From: Bdellovibrionia bacterium
GTDB lineage: Bacteria; Bdellovibrionota; UBA1018
DNA: 23,261 bases
Assembly: GCA_045805065.1 (NCBI GenBank)
Contig: JBJMMA010000061.1
Location: 1 to 23,261, forward strand
Reading direction: 5' to 3'
Shown here: piece after piece, positions 1 to 8,430 of the stretch
Layout: every line of letters begins with the position of its first letter
Numbering within the stretch: the first letter of the stretch is position 1
The notes under the pieces: generated by a model
What the model was told of the DNA's origin: nothing
The model's input: the letters and a program-made list of their open reading frames with translations, nothing else
Database searches by the model: none
Translations under genes and position numbers: made by a program

Positions 1-2
1 TG

Positions 3-1076
3 GAAGTCAGCTGGAATGGATTTGGTAGCGCATATTATGGACAAGCTCTGAGCAGCGATTATCGTCCGTATGGACTCACCGACAATCACGTCAATTTCAC
101 CACCTTCAGCAACATGGGCTTGAACGTTGGCGCGAAGATCAATGATGATCTTGCTTTCGCCGCGCAGCTTGTCGCTCTCGGAAGCCCAGTTGGCTCGACC
201 GACAAGTTCGGTCTGATCGCTCAATGGGCATACGTCAACTACACGCCAAGCCAGGTGCAGGGACTCTCCATTCGCGGTGGACGCCAGTTGGCTCCGATCA
301 TGATGGCGTCTGAGTACGTTCGGGTTGGCTACCTCTTGCCATATCGCCAGATTCCAGCTGTGGTCTACAATCTGGCTCCAATCACTCGTTTTGATGGTGT
401 TGGCGTTTATCAAACTGTGAACGCAGGCATCGGACGTTTGACCTTGGGAGTTTTCGGCGGTAGCCCAGCTTTGGATACTGTCAGCCAAACGACCTATAGC
501 TTTGGTCTTTCTGATCTTCTGGGTGCAGTGGCGACCTTGGATGGCGATGGCTGGCGCGTGAGAGCGCAAGCCTCTCGTATGTACAACAAGTTCAATTTGG
601 TGACATCTCCATCGACCTCGCTTAACTGGGACGGTCACTCGCAGATTTATTCTGCGGGCGCACGTTATGACAAACACAACGTCGTTTTCTGGGGCGAGTA
701 CCTGATGACCCGCGCTCCAGACGGTACGCCAGTCTCTCCGATCTCTGTTGCAACCGCTGGCAACAACGGCCGCTATGTCGGAAGCTCACACGGCTACTAC
801 CTCATGGGCGGCTATCGCTTGGGCAACTTCTTGCCTCGCTATACCTTTGCTCAAGGCTCCAATAACTACAACTTGCCAGTTGCTGCTTACAATGGAAAGG
901 TCACCAGCCACACGGTTGGCTTGAACTATACCGCTGGCCAAGCCGTGCTTAAGGCTGAGTTCGAACACGATTCTTCTCCAGCTGCTCAAGGTGCAGGTTA
1001 TCTTGCAACGACTCCTGCAGGATCAACCGCTACCTCAGGTAATGCTTTCTTTGCTGGCGTGGACTTCATTTTCTGA
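3..1076 (+). CDS. Outer-membrane beta-barrel (porin-like) protein, 5'-truncated by the window edge
   Basis: The frame of ORF 114..1076 stays open to the window start (EVSWNGFGSAYYGQALSSDYRPYG...), so ATG 114 is internal. It has alternating amphipathic strands, a WAYVNY...RGGRQLAP...SEYVRVGY.LPY...P..VY segment resembling an uncharacterised proteobacterial porin family, and a C-terminal aromatic signature (GVDFIF). Confidence 0.8.
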   Translation, partial: EVSWNGFGSAYYGQALSSDYRPYGLTDNHVNFTTFSNMGLNVGAKINDDLAFAAQLVALGSPVGSTDKFGLIAQWAYVNYTPSQVQGLSIRGGRQLAPIMMASEYVRVGYLLPYRQIPAVVYNLAPITRFDGVGVYQTVNAGIGRLTLGVFGGSPALDTVSQTTYSFGLSDLLGAVATLDGDGWRVRAQASRMYNKFNLVTSPSTSLNWDGHSQIYSAGARYDKHNVVFWGEYLMTRAPDGTPVSPISVATAGNNGRYVGSSHGYYLMGGYRLGNFLPRYTFAQGSNNYNLPVAAYNGKVTSHTVGLNYTAGQAVLKAEFEHDSSPAAQGAGYLATTPAGSTATSGNAFFAGVDFIF

Positions 1077-1105
1077 TCTGACTTGAAGAATTGAGGATTA
1101 TTCGA

Positions 1106-1378
1106 ATGAAAAAGACAATCTACGCAATGGCACTGGCAGTTGTCGCTCTGAGTTTCTCTCTCTCCGCAAGCAATGCATTTGCTGGCTGCGAGAAGACCAA
1201 GGGCGGCGCTAAATCTGAGTTCACCGGCGACTCTCTCGATGGCTTGTCCGTCGACAAGAAAGCCATGTCGACGTTGAACAAGAAGTTCCCTGGTCTTTCG
1301 ATTACCGAGAAAGTTTTCTCCGGTACGATTCAGACCTGCACGGACTGCAAGGACAACTTCGTCACTTGTAACGAGTAA
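1106..1378 (+). CDS. Small secreted protein (90 aa) with four Cys including CxxC
   Basis: GAGGA Shine-Dalgarno at 1093-1097 precedes ATG 1106. Signal peptide MKKTIYAMALAVVALSFSLSASNAFA|G. Mature part has GCE...CTDC...TCNE and is followed by a terminator. Confidence 0.8.
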   Translation: MKKTIYAMALAVVALSFSLSASNAFAGCEKTKGGAKSEFTGDSLDGLSVDKKAMSTLNKKFPGLSITEKVFSGTIQTCTDCKDNFVTCNE

Positions 1379-1408
1379 CAAGAACTTTTCCAAAGTTCTT
1401 GAGTATTG

Positions 1409-1443
1409 AAGGGCGCTTCCAAAAGGAGGCGCCCTTTTTATTT
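1409..1443. terminator. Intrinsic terminator, probably bidirectional
   Basis: AAGGGCGCTTCC-AAAA-GGAGGCGCCCTT hairpin (one G-U pair) followed by TTTATTT, between convergent genes. Confidence 0.85.
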
Positions 1444-2439
1444 AATGGCTTCTAACTCAACCGCATCCAGCCAGGACACCACTTGATCCAGCGACTGCGT
1501 GAGTCCTTTATACGCGCGACTCTCCGGAGTCATGGAAAGAAGACCTGATCTTAAAAGCGCGCGCTCGCGCGGGTTTCGGCGAATCTCATCTCCGTCAGTG
1601 AAGTAAACCCGAATCGCAAATACAGCCGCATGAACTTCCGGTAAGCCATGAATCACCTGACGCTCATAGCGGAGGATAAAAGGGGAGCGTCCTTCGTCGA
1701 CCGCTTCCGGCCGAAAGCTTCGACCTTTCCATTCGTCAGCATCCCAGCCAGGAGGGGAGTGCGGATGATGGTTGAGTCTGCGATCTGTCCCAAAGCCCCA
1801 AACAAAGCGCACGTAGGGACCTTTGTAAATCATTGCATCCACCAAAGCGGATGCTGAGCGGTTGAGTTTATCGATTCCAGGAATCGGTGCATGAACCTGG
1901 AAGAAGCTCTTCCCGATCTTGTCTTCAGCAGCCCAATGGCTTGGGCTGAAAAGATGAAGTGCTGAGAGCCAGTCGCGGCCATCACCATCTTTGCTGCAAA
2001 TGGCGAGATCCTCCTGGACCTGAGAGCAGAGCGCATCAAGCGCGCAGGCGTACTGAACCCCCGAAGATGACTTCAGTTCGTAAGCAGAATCCAGGTCAAG
2101 CTTCTCCTGGGTCAGTGAGCAATGGAGAATGCCTCCGCTTGAAGTTTGCTTCCACTGAAAGTACGTGGGGCTTTCTTCACAAAGTTTGTGTAACAAGAAT
2201 CGGTTCACAGCGCTGGAGACCTCAGTCGAGTAATTCTCCTGAACAAAGTACTTGGAAAGTCTCTCTTGACGGCCCGCGAGTTTATTGGCGCGATAGATCG
2301 GAAACTCATCGTCAAACTGAAAGATCTTTGAGTCTGCGGCGCCATTGCCCATAGGAGTGCCCAGGCTTTTTAAACCGGGGGCAACCTCGTAAATTCCTTT
2401 GTCGATGGGAAAGTATCGGGCCGGACTATGAAGATCCAT
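1438..2439 (-). CDS. DUF3445 / heme-dependent oxidative N-demethylase alpha-subunit family protein
   Basis: Family motifs VQEDLAI, FSPSHWAAEDKIGKSFFQVHAPIPG, RFVW and LRYERQ. AGGAGG SD upstream of ATG 2439. Confidence 0.82.
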   Translation of the reverse strand: MDLHSPARYFPIDKGIYEVAPGLKSLGTPMGNGAADSKIFQFDDEFPIYRANKLAGRQERLSKYFVQENYSTEVSSAVNRFLLHKLCEESPTYFQWKQTSSGGILHCSLTQEKLDLDSAYELKSSSGVQYACALDALCSQVQEDLAICSKDGDGRDWLSALHLFSPSHWAAEDKIGKSFFQVHAPIPGIDKLNRSASALVDAMIYKGPYVRFVWGFGTDRRLNHHPHSPPGWDADEWKGRSFRPEAVDEGRSPFILRYERQVIHGLPEVHAAVFAIRVYFTDGDEIRRNPRERALLRSGLLSMTPESRAYKGLTQSLDQVVSWLDAVELEAIK

Positions 2440-2471
2440 GGCGAGCCTCCTGGCTTTTGACTCGCATCATT

Positions 2472-2480
2472 TGCTAAACT
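2472..2480 (+). promoter_or_regulatory. Putative extended -10 promoter (TGcTAAACT), 7 nt before the patatin ATG
   Basis: TGnTAnnnT match; no SD between it and ATG 2488. Confidence 0.45.
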
Positions 2481-2487
2481 AGTAAAT

Positions 2488-3753
2488 ATGGCAGAGACGG
2501 AAAATATTCCTAAAACAGGCTTGGTTTTGACAGCTGGCGGCGCACGCGGTGCGTATCAAGCAGGAGTTCTGAAACGTCTGGGTGAGCATCCCGCATTTCG
2601 CGATCAGCCATTGCCGTTCCCGATTATCGTAGGAGCCTCCGCGGGCGCAATCAACAGCGTTTATTTGGCTGCTGAGAGCAAGGATTTTGGCCTCGCAACC
2701 CGCAAGCTCGCCAAGACCTGGAGTGATTTGAGAATCCAGGATGTGTTCCGAACTGACATTCCATCGCTTGGGATAGGAGCAGCACGCTGGATCCGGGATC
2801 TCTCCTGCGGCGGACTCATCGGCGGCGGGGAGGTGCAATCCCTTCTGGATTCGGCACCTTTGCGTAGTCTGCTTGAGAAAGCTCTCCCCATGGATGGAAT
2901 TGAGAATTCCATTCGGGAAGGTCATTTGTACGCTGTCGCTATTGCTGCGACCAGTTATTACTCTGGAAAGTCCGTAACCTTCATTCAGGGAAAACCGGGG
3001 CATCCGCTTTGGAGTAAAACCAGGCGCGCGTCTATCCCGGCCGACCTCACTGTGGATCACGTCATGGCGTCTTGCGCGATCCCTGTCATCTTTCAGCCTG
3101 TGAAGATCCAGTTTGAAAGTGGCGAATTCTATTTCGGTGATGGTGCTCTCAGGCTTGTGACTCCGTTCAGTCCAGCGATCCGACTTGGAGCCCGGCGCGT
3201 TTTCGCCATCGGCATCCGCTCTCAGGCCGCGGCCATGGCGCGCTCCCGAAAAGAACTTTCAGCGCTCTCCGATGGTCACTCACAAAAGCTGCTCATGAAA
3301 AGACCGCCTCTTGCTCAAGTTTTTGGCGTCACATTGAACGCTATCTTTTTGGATCACCTGGATACGGACCTCGATCATTTGAATCGAATCAACGAGCTGA
3401 TTCGTGCGTATCATGCGGACTCAATTACAAATCCTGAGATCAAAGAGCCCATGTACCCTGTCGATCCGTTTTTAATTCATCCATCCGTTGATCTCGCGGA
3501 AGTCGCCGAGCTTCATGGTCATCGCATGCCCCGCTTTGTTCGATATCTTATGGAAGGATTGGGAACCTCTCGCTCTCAATCGGCCGATTTGATGAGCTAC
3601 CTTCTGTTTGATGCAAACTTCACCCGGGACCTCATCGATATCGGATATAAAGATGCAAGTAACCACATCGATGAACTCGAGCACTTTCTTCGGTCCGAGA
3701 AAAATGAGGCTACTGACCGCGAGGCCAGGTCTCTGGAACGTCCTCGCGAATGA
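2488..3753 (+). CDS. Patatin-like phospholipase family protein
   Basis: Oxyanion loop AGGARGAYQAG, nucleophile GASAG, SCAIP and DGA catalytic Asp motif. Confidence 0.93.
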   Translation: MAETENIPKTGLVLTAGGARGAYQAGVLKRLGEHPAFRDQPLPFPIIVGASAGAINSVYLAAESKDFGLATRKLAKTWSDLRIQDVFRTDIPSLGIGAARWIRDLSCGGLIGGGEVQSLLDSAPLRSLLEKALPMDGIENSIREGHLYAVAIAATSYYSGKSVTFIQGKPGHPLWSKTRRASIPADLTVDHVMASCAIPVIFQPVKIQFESGEFYFGDGALRLVTPFSPAIRLGARRVFAIGIRSQAAAMARSRKELSALSDGHSQKLLMKRPPLAQVFGVTLNAIFLDHLDTDLDHLNRINELIRAYHADSITNPEIKEPMYPVDPFLIHPSVDLAEVAELHGHRMPRFVRYLMEGLGTSRSQSADLMSYLLFDANFTRDLIDIGYKDASNHIDELEHFLRSEKNEATDREARSLERPRE

Positions 3754-5074
3754 ATTCCACAGGGAAGGGGTCAACAGCTCGAGTCTGATCAATGAAGACA
3801 AACGCGTCGTAGCGGTTAGAGAGAGACGTAGGTACGTAATTGCCCCAGCGCTCATGTGCGGGGTCGTAAACCACGCCAATCGCTCGATGCCCAAGTTTGC
3901 GAGCTAATGCCGATCTCTCATCTCGATCCTCGTTCTCCATGAGAACAAATTGCTGAGAGACTCCCTTGGCAACGCATGCATCGTGGAAGGCAGCTTCGTA
4001 GCTTCCTTCGCGTCCCGGTGGCACCGGTAGAGTTTGGATCGGACCATCCCAGGAATGAGAGGCAATCACTGATCCCTCATACGTTCCGAAGCCAACGAGT
4101 GAGACTTGATCATCACCCAGGCGCTCGCGAGCAAGGCCGCCAATGTTGACTTGACCCATTTCGAGCATGTCCGTCGCGCGATAATCGCCGATATGAGTAT
4201 TATGTTCCCAGACAATCCCTTTAGCGGTGGGTCCGTAAAAATCCAGCAGAAGCTCCAGCGTCTCCATCATGTGTCGATCGCGGACATTCCAGGAATCTTC
4301 TGTTCCCAACATCATGGTCCGGTAATAGTCTTCTGCGTTTCGGACGATGCGGGCGTTTTGTCGCGCATCAAAAAGCGCAGCTTCTCGGTCCTTCAGTCCA
4401 TCCAGCCTGAAGGTCAGAAGTTCGCTGAGCACCTGTGCGACTTCGGCCTCGCAACCTTCCGGCATTTGAGCCAGTGAACGGGCGTAACGTCTTTCATCCT
4501 GGTTATAGCGATCAAAGCAGCCGTAAAGGGTCTTGGCCCGTCGGGCTAGGAATGGATTGATTTTATGGAGCTGCGCCAGCACTGCTTCCATGGATTCAAA
4601 AAGCGAGTAAACATCAAGGCCATGAAATCCGATCGACTTATCAGTTGCTCCTGTGTCTGTCGTTCCCAGACTCAAAGAAGCGTTGTTCATAGAAGCGTTG
4701 TAATGGCGAAGCCACTCAGCAAGTTCTGCAATTTCAGCATTGGCCCACATCCATGTGGGCCAGCGATGGAAGGCGTTTAAGGCATCTCGGGCCGTCCCGT
4801 AAGCGCTGCCATGACTGATGTAGTGATTCAATGTCTGGCAGGGGGGCCAGTCGCCTTCTACCGCAATGAACTGAAAACCGTGATGCTCAATGAGCTCCTG
4901 CGAAATGATCCTGCGCCAATCATAGAACTCGTGCGTTCCATGTGTCGCCTCTCCCAGCATGACCACCTTTGAGTTTTTAACCCGCGCGATCAACGGCTCC
5001 AGGTCCGACGCTCTTTGAAACGGCTGAGCGCGATCGCGGATGGTCTCAACTAGGGATGGGCGATTACTCTTCAT
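3710..5074 (-). CDS. Erythromycin esterase family protein (substrate unknown)
   Basis: LGEATHGTHEFY, IAVEGDWP, RWPTWMWAN, GLDVYS, WNVRDRHM, WEHNTHIGD and RAIGVVY motifs. Confidence 0.92.
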   Translation of the reverse strand: MKSNRPSLVETIRDRAQPFQRASDLEPLIARVKNSKVVMLGEATHGTHEFYDWRRIISQELIEHHGFQFIAVEGDWPPCQTLNHYISHGSAYGTARDALNAFHRWPTWMWANAEIAELAEWLRHYNASMNNASLSLGTTDTGATDKSIGFHGLDVYSLFESMEAVLAQLHKINPFLARRAKTLYGCFDRYNQDERRYARSLAQMPEGCEAEVAQVLSELLTFRLDGLKDREAALFDARQNARIVRNAEDYYRTMMLGTEDSWNVRDRHMMETLELLLDFYGPTAKGIVWEHNTHIGDYRATDMLEMGQVNIGGLARERLGDDQVSLVGFGTYEGSVIASHSWDGPIQTLPVPPGREGSYEAAFHDACVAKGVSQQFVLMENEDRDERSALARKLGHRAIGVVYDPAHERWGNYVPTSLSNRYDAFVFIDQTRAVDPFPVEFIREDVPETWPRGQ

Positions 5075-5301
5075 GCGGCATCCCCGGTATTCCCTTGGTT
5101 TTTCAGAGCATCATCGACAATGTCTTCGTCTCCTTCGGCTTGCTCCATGTCCTGTGAGCGAGGACGCTCCTTGGCGTAGTAATCTTCCATTATTTTTGAC
5201 GTGCCTGGCTTCTCAGTATTGGCTTTTATGTCTTCAGGCTGGTTTTGGTTTTGAGAATTCTGTTGCTTGCCCTTTTCACCGTGAATGACTTTGAACTTCA
5301 T
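5071..5301 (-). CDS. Small hydrophilic, probably disordered hypothetical protein (76 aa)
   Basis: AAGGAG SD upstream of ATG 5301. Its stop overlaps the esterase start (ATGA at 5071-5074), implying translational coupling. Confidence 0.7.
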   Translation of the reverse strand: MKFKVIHGEKGKQQNSQNQNQPEDIKANTEKPGTSKIMEDYYAKERPRSQDMEQAEGDEDIVDDALKNQGNTGDAA

Positions 5302-5328
5302 AAAATGGCTCCTTTTGCATTCATTATG

Positions 5329-5916
5329 TCAGCGATTGCCTGCGCCCAGTGCGAACGGAACGGGCGTGGTTCCAAAGATGTTGTATCCAGTTGCACTCGA
5401 CGTATTGCCTGCTCCAGGCTCGTTGCGATTTCTTCCCGCATCGATCTCGTTCAGATTTTCCCAGCTGGGAGGGCGTCCCATATATCGATTTGGCCCTTCA
5501 TTCGGATCAGTGGTGGTTTGAGAAGTTCCGCCAGGGCCTACGGGGCCAACACCCATTTTAGGTCCGCCTCCGGGCAGAGGAGTTCTTGTGCCTGCAGGCA
5601 GCTGATCATTTCCCGGCGGACCTCCCTTGTCATTCAGGATGGAAGTTCCTGCTGATCCGGCCTGCTGGTTTGTGGGAGCGCCTTGCGATGATTTCTGATC
5701 TTGCTGCCAGAGTTGAACTTGGGGATCTGCCTGGCCTGCCTGCTGTTGCTGGGCTTGCTGCTCCTTGAGTTCCTGCCTGCCTGAAAATCTGTAAAGCTCG
5801 TCGCCTGCGAGTGATGCTCGCTGCAGCGAACCGAACAGAGCAGAGCAAGCCAAGGCACTACCTAGCACGCCCGCCATGAGCGAGCGCTTTTTCCATGCGC
5901 CATGAAGCCTCGACAC
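5329..5916 (-). CDS. Exported Gln/Gly/Pro-rich low-complexity hypothetical protein (195 aa)
   Basis: AGGAGGA SD (5921-5927) just before GTG 5916. Basic N-terminus plus hydrophobic stretch (signal peptide or ALAC lipobox), then Q/G/P-rich sequence. Confidence 0.65.
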   Translation of the reverse strand: MSRLHGAWKKRSLMAGVLGSALACSALFGSLQRASLAGDELYRFSGRQELKEQQAQQQQAGQADPQVQLWQQDQKSSQGAPTNQQAGSAGTSILNDKGGPPGNDQLPAGTRTPLPGGGPKMGVGPVGPGGTSQTTTDPNEGPNRYMGRPPSWENLNEIDAGRNRNEPGAGNTSSATGYNIFGTTPVPFALGAGNR

Positions 5917-6004
5917 ATCGTCCTCCTATTGCCTTAGCGCATGCAATATCCAGACAAGATTTATGCAGTGAGACAGCTATTAAACTGTGATAATGTAACG
6001 GCAA

Positions 6005-6520
6005 ATGCCGGCTCACATCACTCGCTTTCAGGTTATGGCAGTTTTGCAGGCGGCTCGAGCTCGTTACTTTGGTTTGGATTCAGACGAAGCAAAGAGCTGG
6101 GGCCTGAATCGCGCCTTGTTCTATGCAGCAGCCAAAAGCCGCTGGGCTGAGGCAAAGGCAATTGGAGCACGCAGGCCTGTGATTCCTGAGTTTGAACTCG
6201 CTCGTCAGCATCATGATCTTGAGTACCAGCTCGGAGGTGAGAAGGCTTTCGTTTGTCGCGGACCGCGGAATGGTTTGAGGTTTCGCTTTGGCGAAAAGAC
6301 CCAGCTTCCCAGGGACTTTGACTGGCAAGTGAAGAATCGCTTTGCGAACTGGCCTGAGGCCTGGGCTGAAGCTGTTGCGATCATCAAGAGCGCAGATCCG
6401 CACGATCTTGAGAGCCAGAGCAGGTTCTTCAATAAAATATATAAGCCAAGGCGGGACCTGCTCGCTGCTCAGTGGTCAGCGCAAAAATCCTCAGTTCGCC
6501 CCTTTAAGCGTGCTGCGTGA
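6005..6520 (+). CDS. Conserved hypothetical protein (RFQVMAxLQAARA...SWGLNRAxFYAAAK family)
   Basis: 171-aa ORF with a strongly protein-like N-terminal motif that I recall from uncharacterised archaeal and bacterial proteins (recollection, not a search). Confidence 0.8.
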   Translation: MPAHITRFQVMAVLQAARARYFGLDSDEAKSWGLNRALFYAAAKSRWAEAKAIGARRPVIPEFELARQHHDLEYQLGGEKAFVCRGPRNGLRFRFGEKTQLPRDFDWQVKNRFANWPEAWAEAVAIIKSADPHDLESQSRFFNKIYKPRRDLLAAQWSAQKSSVRPFKRAA

Positions 6521-7025
6521 TTCCTGTGATTTTCACCAGGATCCGTTTGTTCCGGTTTCCATCAAACTCGCCGTAAAAGATCTGCTGCCAGGTTCCGAAA
6601 TCCAGTCTCCCATGAGTGACTGGGGCTGTGAGCGCATGGTTGGTGAGAAATGATTTCAGATGAGCATCGGCGTTGTCTTCTCCGGTCTGGTGATGTCGAT
6701 AATCCCTTCCAAAGGGAGCGAGATTCTCAATCCATCCTGCGATGTCGTGAAGGAGGCCTGATTCTGCATCATTGATGTAGAGGCCAGCCGTAATATGCAT
6801 GGTGCTCACAAAGCAAAAACCGTCATAGACTTTTGAGCGAGCGAGCGCCTGTTCTACTAGCTCCGTCACATTCACCAATGCATAACGCTCTGGGATTTTG
6901 ACGTGAAGATACTCTGTATGATGAATGATGGCCCCGCGTTCCTCGTGCGCTTTGACTTCGTTTTTAATAAATCCCGGGCAGCCATGGGGATCGAGAAGCC
7001 AATCCTGGGGTCTCAGATTTTTCAT
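6504..7025 (-). CDS. yjbQ: YjbQ / UPF0047 family (secondary thiamine-phosphate synthase-like) protein
   Basis: HITAGLYIND.E, YRHH..GEDNADAHLKS and GTWQQIFYGEFDG.R motifs. Apparent N-terminal extension of about 30 aa, so the start is uncertain. Confidence 0.92.
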   Translation of the reverse strand: MKNLRPQDWLLDPHGCPGFIKNEVKAHEERGAIIHHTEYLHVKIPERYALVNVTELVEQALARSKVYDGFCFVSTMHITAGLYINDAESGLLHDIAGWIENLAPFGRDYRHHQTGEDNADAHLKSFLTNHALTAPVTHGRLDFGTWQQIFYGEFDGNRNKRILVKITGITQHA

Positions 7026-7096
7026 ATAAAGTAGATGGCAAAGAGTTGAGCGCTAAAGTTGCAACGCCTGAGTTTGAGTCAGAGCTGTAAATTGGA

Positions 7097-7138
7097 CGAA
7101 AATAAGGGCCGCTCGCTGGGATAACCTGCGGCGGCCCT
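7097..7138 (-). terminator. Probable intrinsic terminator after the small lipoprotein
   Basis: Imperfect GC hairpin AGGGCCGC...GCGGCCCT (7105-7138), followed on the minus strand by TATTTTCG. Confidence 0.6.
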
Positions 7139-7159
7139 GATTGTCTTCTTTAAAAATAT

Positions 7160-7408
7160 TTACCGGCTGCCTGTTGAGCTTCCGGATGAGCTTCCGGAGG
7201 AGCCTCCTGTGGAGCTGCTCGCACCTGTGTTCGATGTATCGCCAGAGCCCGAGAGGGAGCCTGAGTTACCCGACATGCCTGGGGATTGAGCTGTACCAGG
7301 CTGTTGGGTCTGAGATGCGTTGTAGTTCGGGTTGTTTCGATTTGGATTACAAGATGTCGCAGCGAAAATCACAGCGCATGCGCTAAGGGCCATCAATAAA
7401 GATTTCAT
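7160..7408 (-). CDS. Small Ser/Gly-rich disordered lipoprotein (82 aa)
   Basis: GGAGGA SD; signal MKSLLMALSACAVIFAATS|C with lipobox-like Cys; low-complexity mature region; terminator downstream. Confidence 0.72.
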   Translation of the reverse strand: MKSLLMALSACAVIFAATSCNPNRNNPNYNASQTQQPGTAQSPGMSGNSGSLSGSGDTSNTGASSSTGGSSGSSSGSSTGSR

Positions 7409-7466
7409 AGAAAATCCTCCGCCGTTTGCGACTGCAACTCACATGCGAGTCCAGGCGGCCTCGCCG

Positions 7467-8393
7467 CTATGCTCTCTTTGACGCTGAGAGAACTGCCGAG
7501 CTGAGCATCACAAAACTGATCCACACCAGGTCGGCAAGAAGCAGATGCACCATTTGCAGCCCGACTGGGGCCAGAAGCAAAAGATTGGTGCCGCCCACCA
7601 GCATCTGAATCAGGATCAATCCTTGAAGCGCTCTTGCCCAGATTTTTGCATCACTCTGCCGTGCTTCAGCCCAGCGCACGGAAAATTCAGAAAACAAATA
7701 CAGAACAATCGCTGTCAGGACTGCCATCGCCGGATGAAAGACTCTGAGTTTTACGAGAAAATGGCTATCTCGCGCAAAGTCCTGGGTAAATCCTGAAGCA
7801 AGGGATTTGCTCTGAAAGAGTGTATCTCCGAGTGCAGTCAAAGCACCGGTAGTTCCAAGAAGCAGGACGGTGACAAGTGATGTGAGGACCCAGCGTCTGG
7901 GTTTGTCTTCGCTCACTTTTTCAGGCGAATTGAAATTCAAGGGAAGTCCCGAGAACCGCACTGTTAATGTGAGTGCTCCAAGAAGAAATAAAGTGTTCAC
8001 CAGGTGAATGGAAATCGAGATTGCTCGACGAACCGATTGGTCGTGCTCAACGAGCGCAAGTAGAACGAGAGCTGCTCCGACCAGGGCTTCACTGACCGTT
8101 AATCCAAAAGTCCAATTGGCAGCGACGCGAGCCGGATGCTTCTTGGGATAGGTTCTCCATGCCCAAACCATCAAAAGGATGGCAAACACCAGGCAGAGAC
8201 CTGAGCTTAAGCGGTGGGTAAGTTCGATCCAGGTTTGGATGCGCTCGGGACGAGGAATGACTTCGCCATTACAGAGTGGCCAATGGCTTCCGCAGCCAGC
8301 GCCTGATCCTGTCGCGCGAACATAGGCGCCCCAGAGAATCACTAAAACATTATAAGAGAGGCAGAATACGGCGAACTTCTTAAACCGATTCAA
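7467..8393 (-). CDS. ctaA: Heme A synthase (COX15/CtaA family)
   Basis: GAYVRATGSGAGCGSHWPLCNG, ELTHR and further conserved His (IHLVN, VFHP, MVHLL); about 8 TM helices; TTG start. Confidence 0.9.
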   Translation of the reverse strand: MNRFKKFAVFCLSYNVLVILWGAYVRATGSGAGCGSHWPLCNGEVIPRPERIQTWIELTHRLSSGLCLVFAILLMVWAWRTYPKKHPARVAANWTFGLTVSEALVGAALVLLALVEHDQSVRRAISISIHLVNTLFLLGALTLTVRFSGLPLNFNSPEKVSEDKPRRWVLTSLVTVLLLGTTGALTALGDTLFQSKSLASGFTQDFARDSHFLVKLRVFHPAMAVLTAIVLYLFSEFSVRWAEARQSDAKIWARALQGLILIQMLVGGTNLLLLAPVGLQMVHLLLADLVWISFVMLSSAVLSASKRA

Positions 8394-8430
8394 GCGTCAC
8401 CTGACGCCCTAACGCGATGAGTTAGGGAAA

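Noticed and set aside
1106..1378. Small protein as a c-type cytochrome
   Set aside because: The motif is CTDCK rather than CxxCH, and the protein contains no His.
3710..5074. Macrolide resistance gene (ereA/ereB)
   Set aside because: Only family-level motifs are present. Chromosomal homologues are widespread and often inactive on macrolides, and there is no mobile context.
7431..7451. Sigma54-like promoter upstream of the small lipoprotein (TCGCATG-TGAG-TTGCA on the minus strand)
   Set aside because: Spacing fits, but the invariant -24 GG is CG. The overlapping near-palindrome ACTCACATGCGAGT occurs only once, so there is no independent support.
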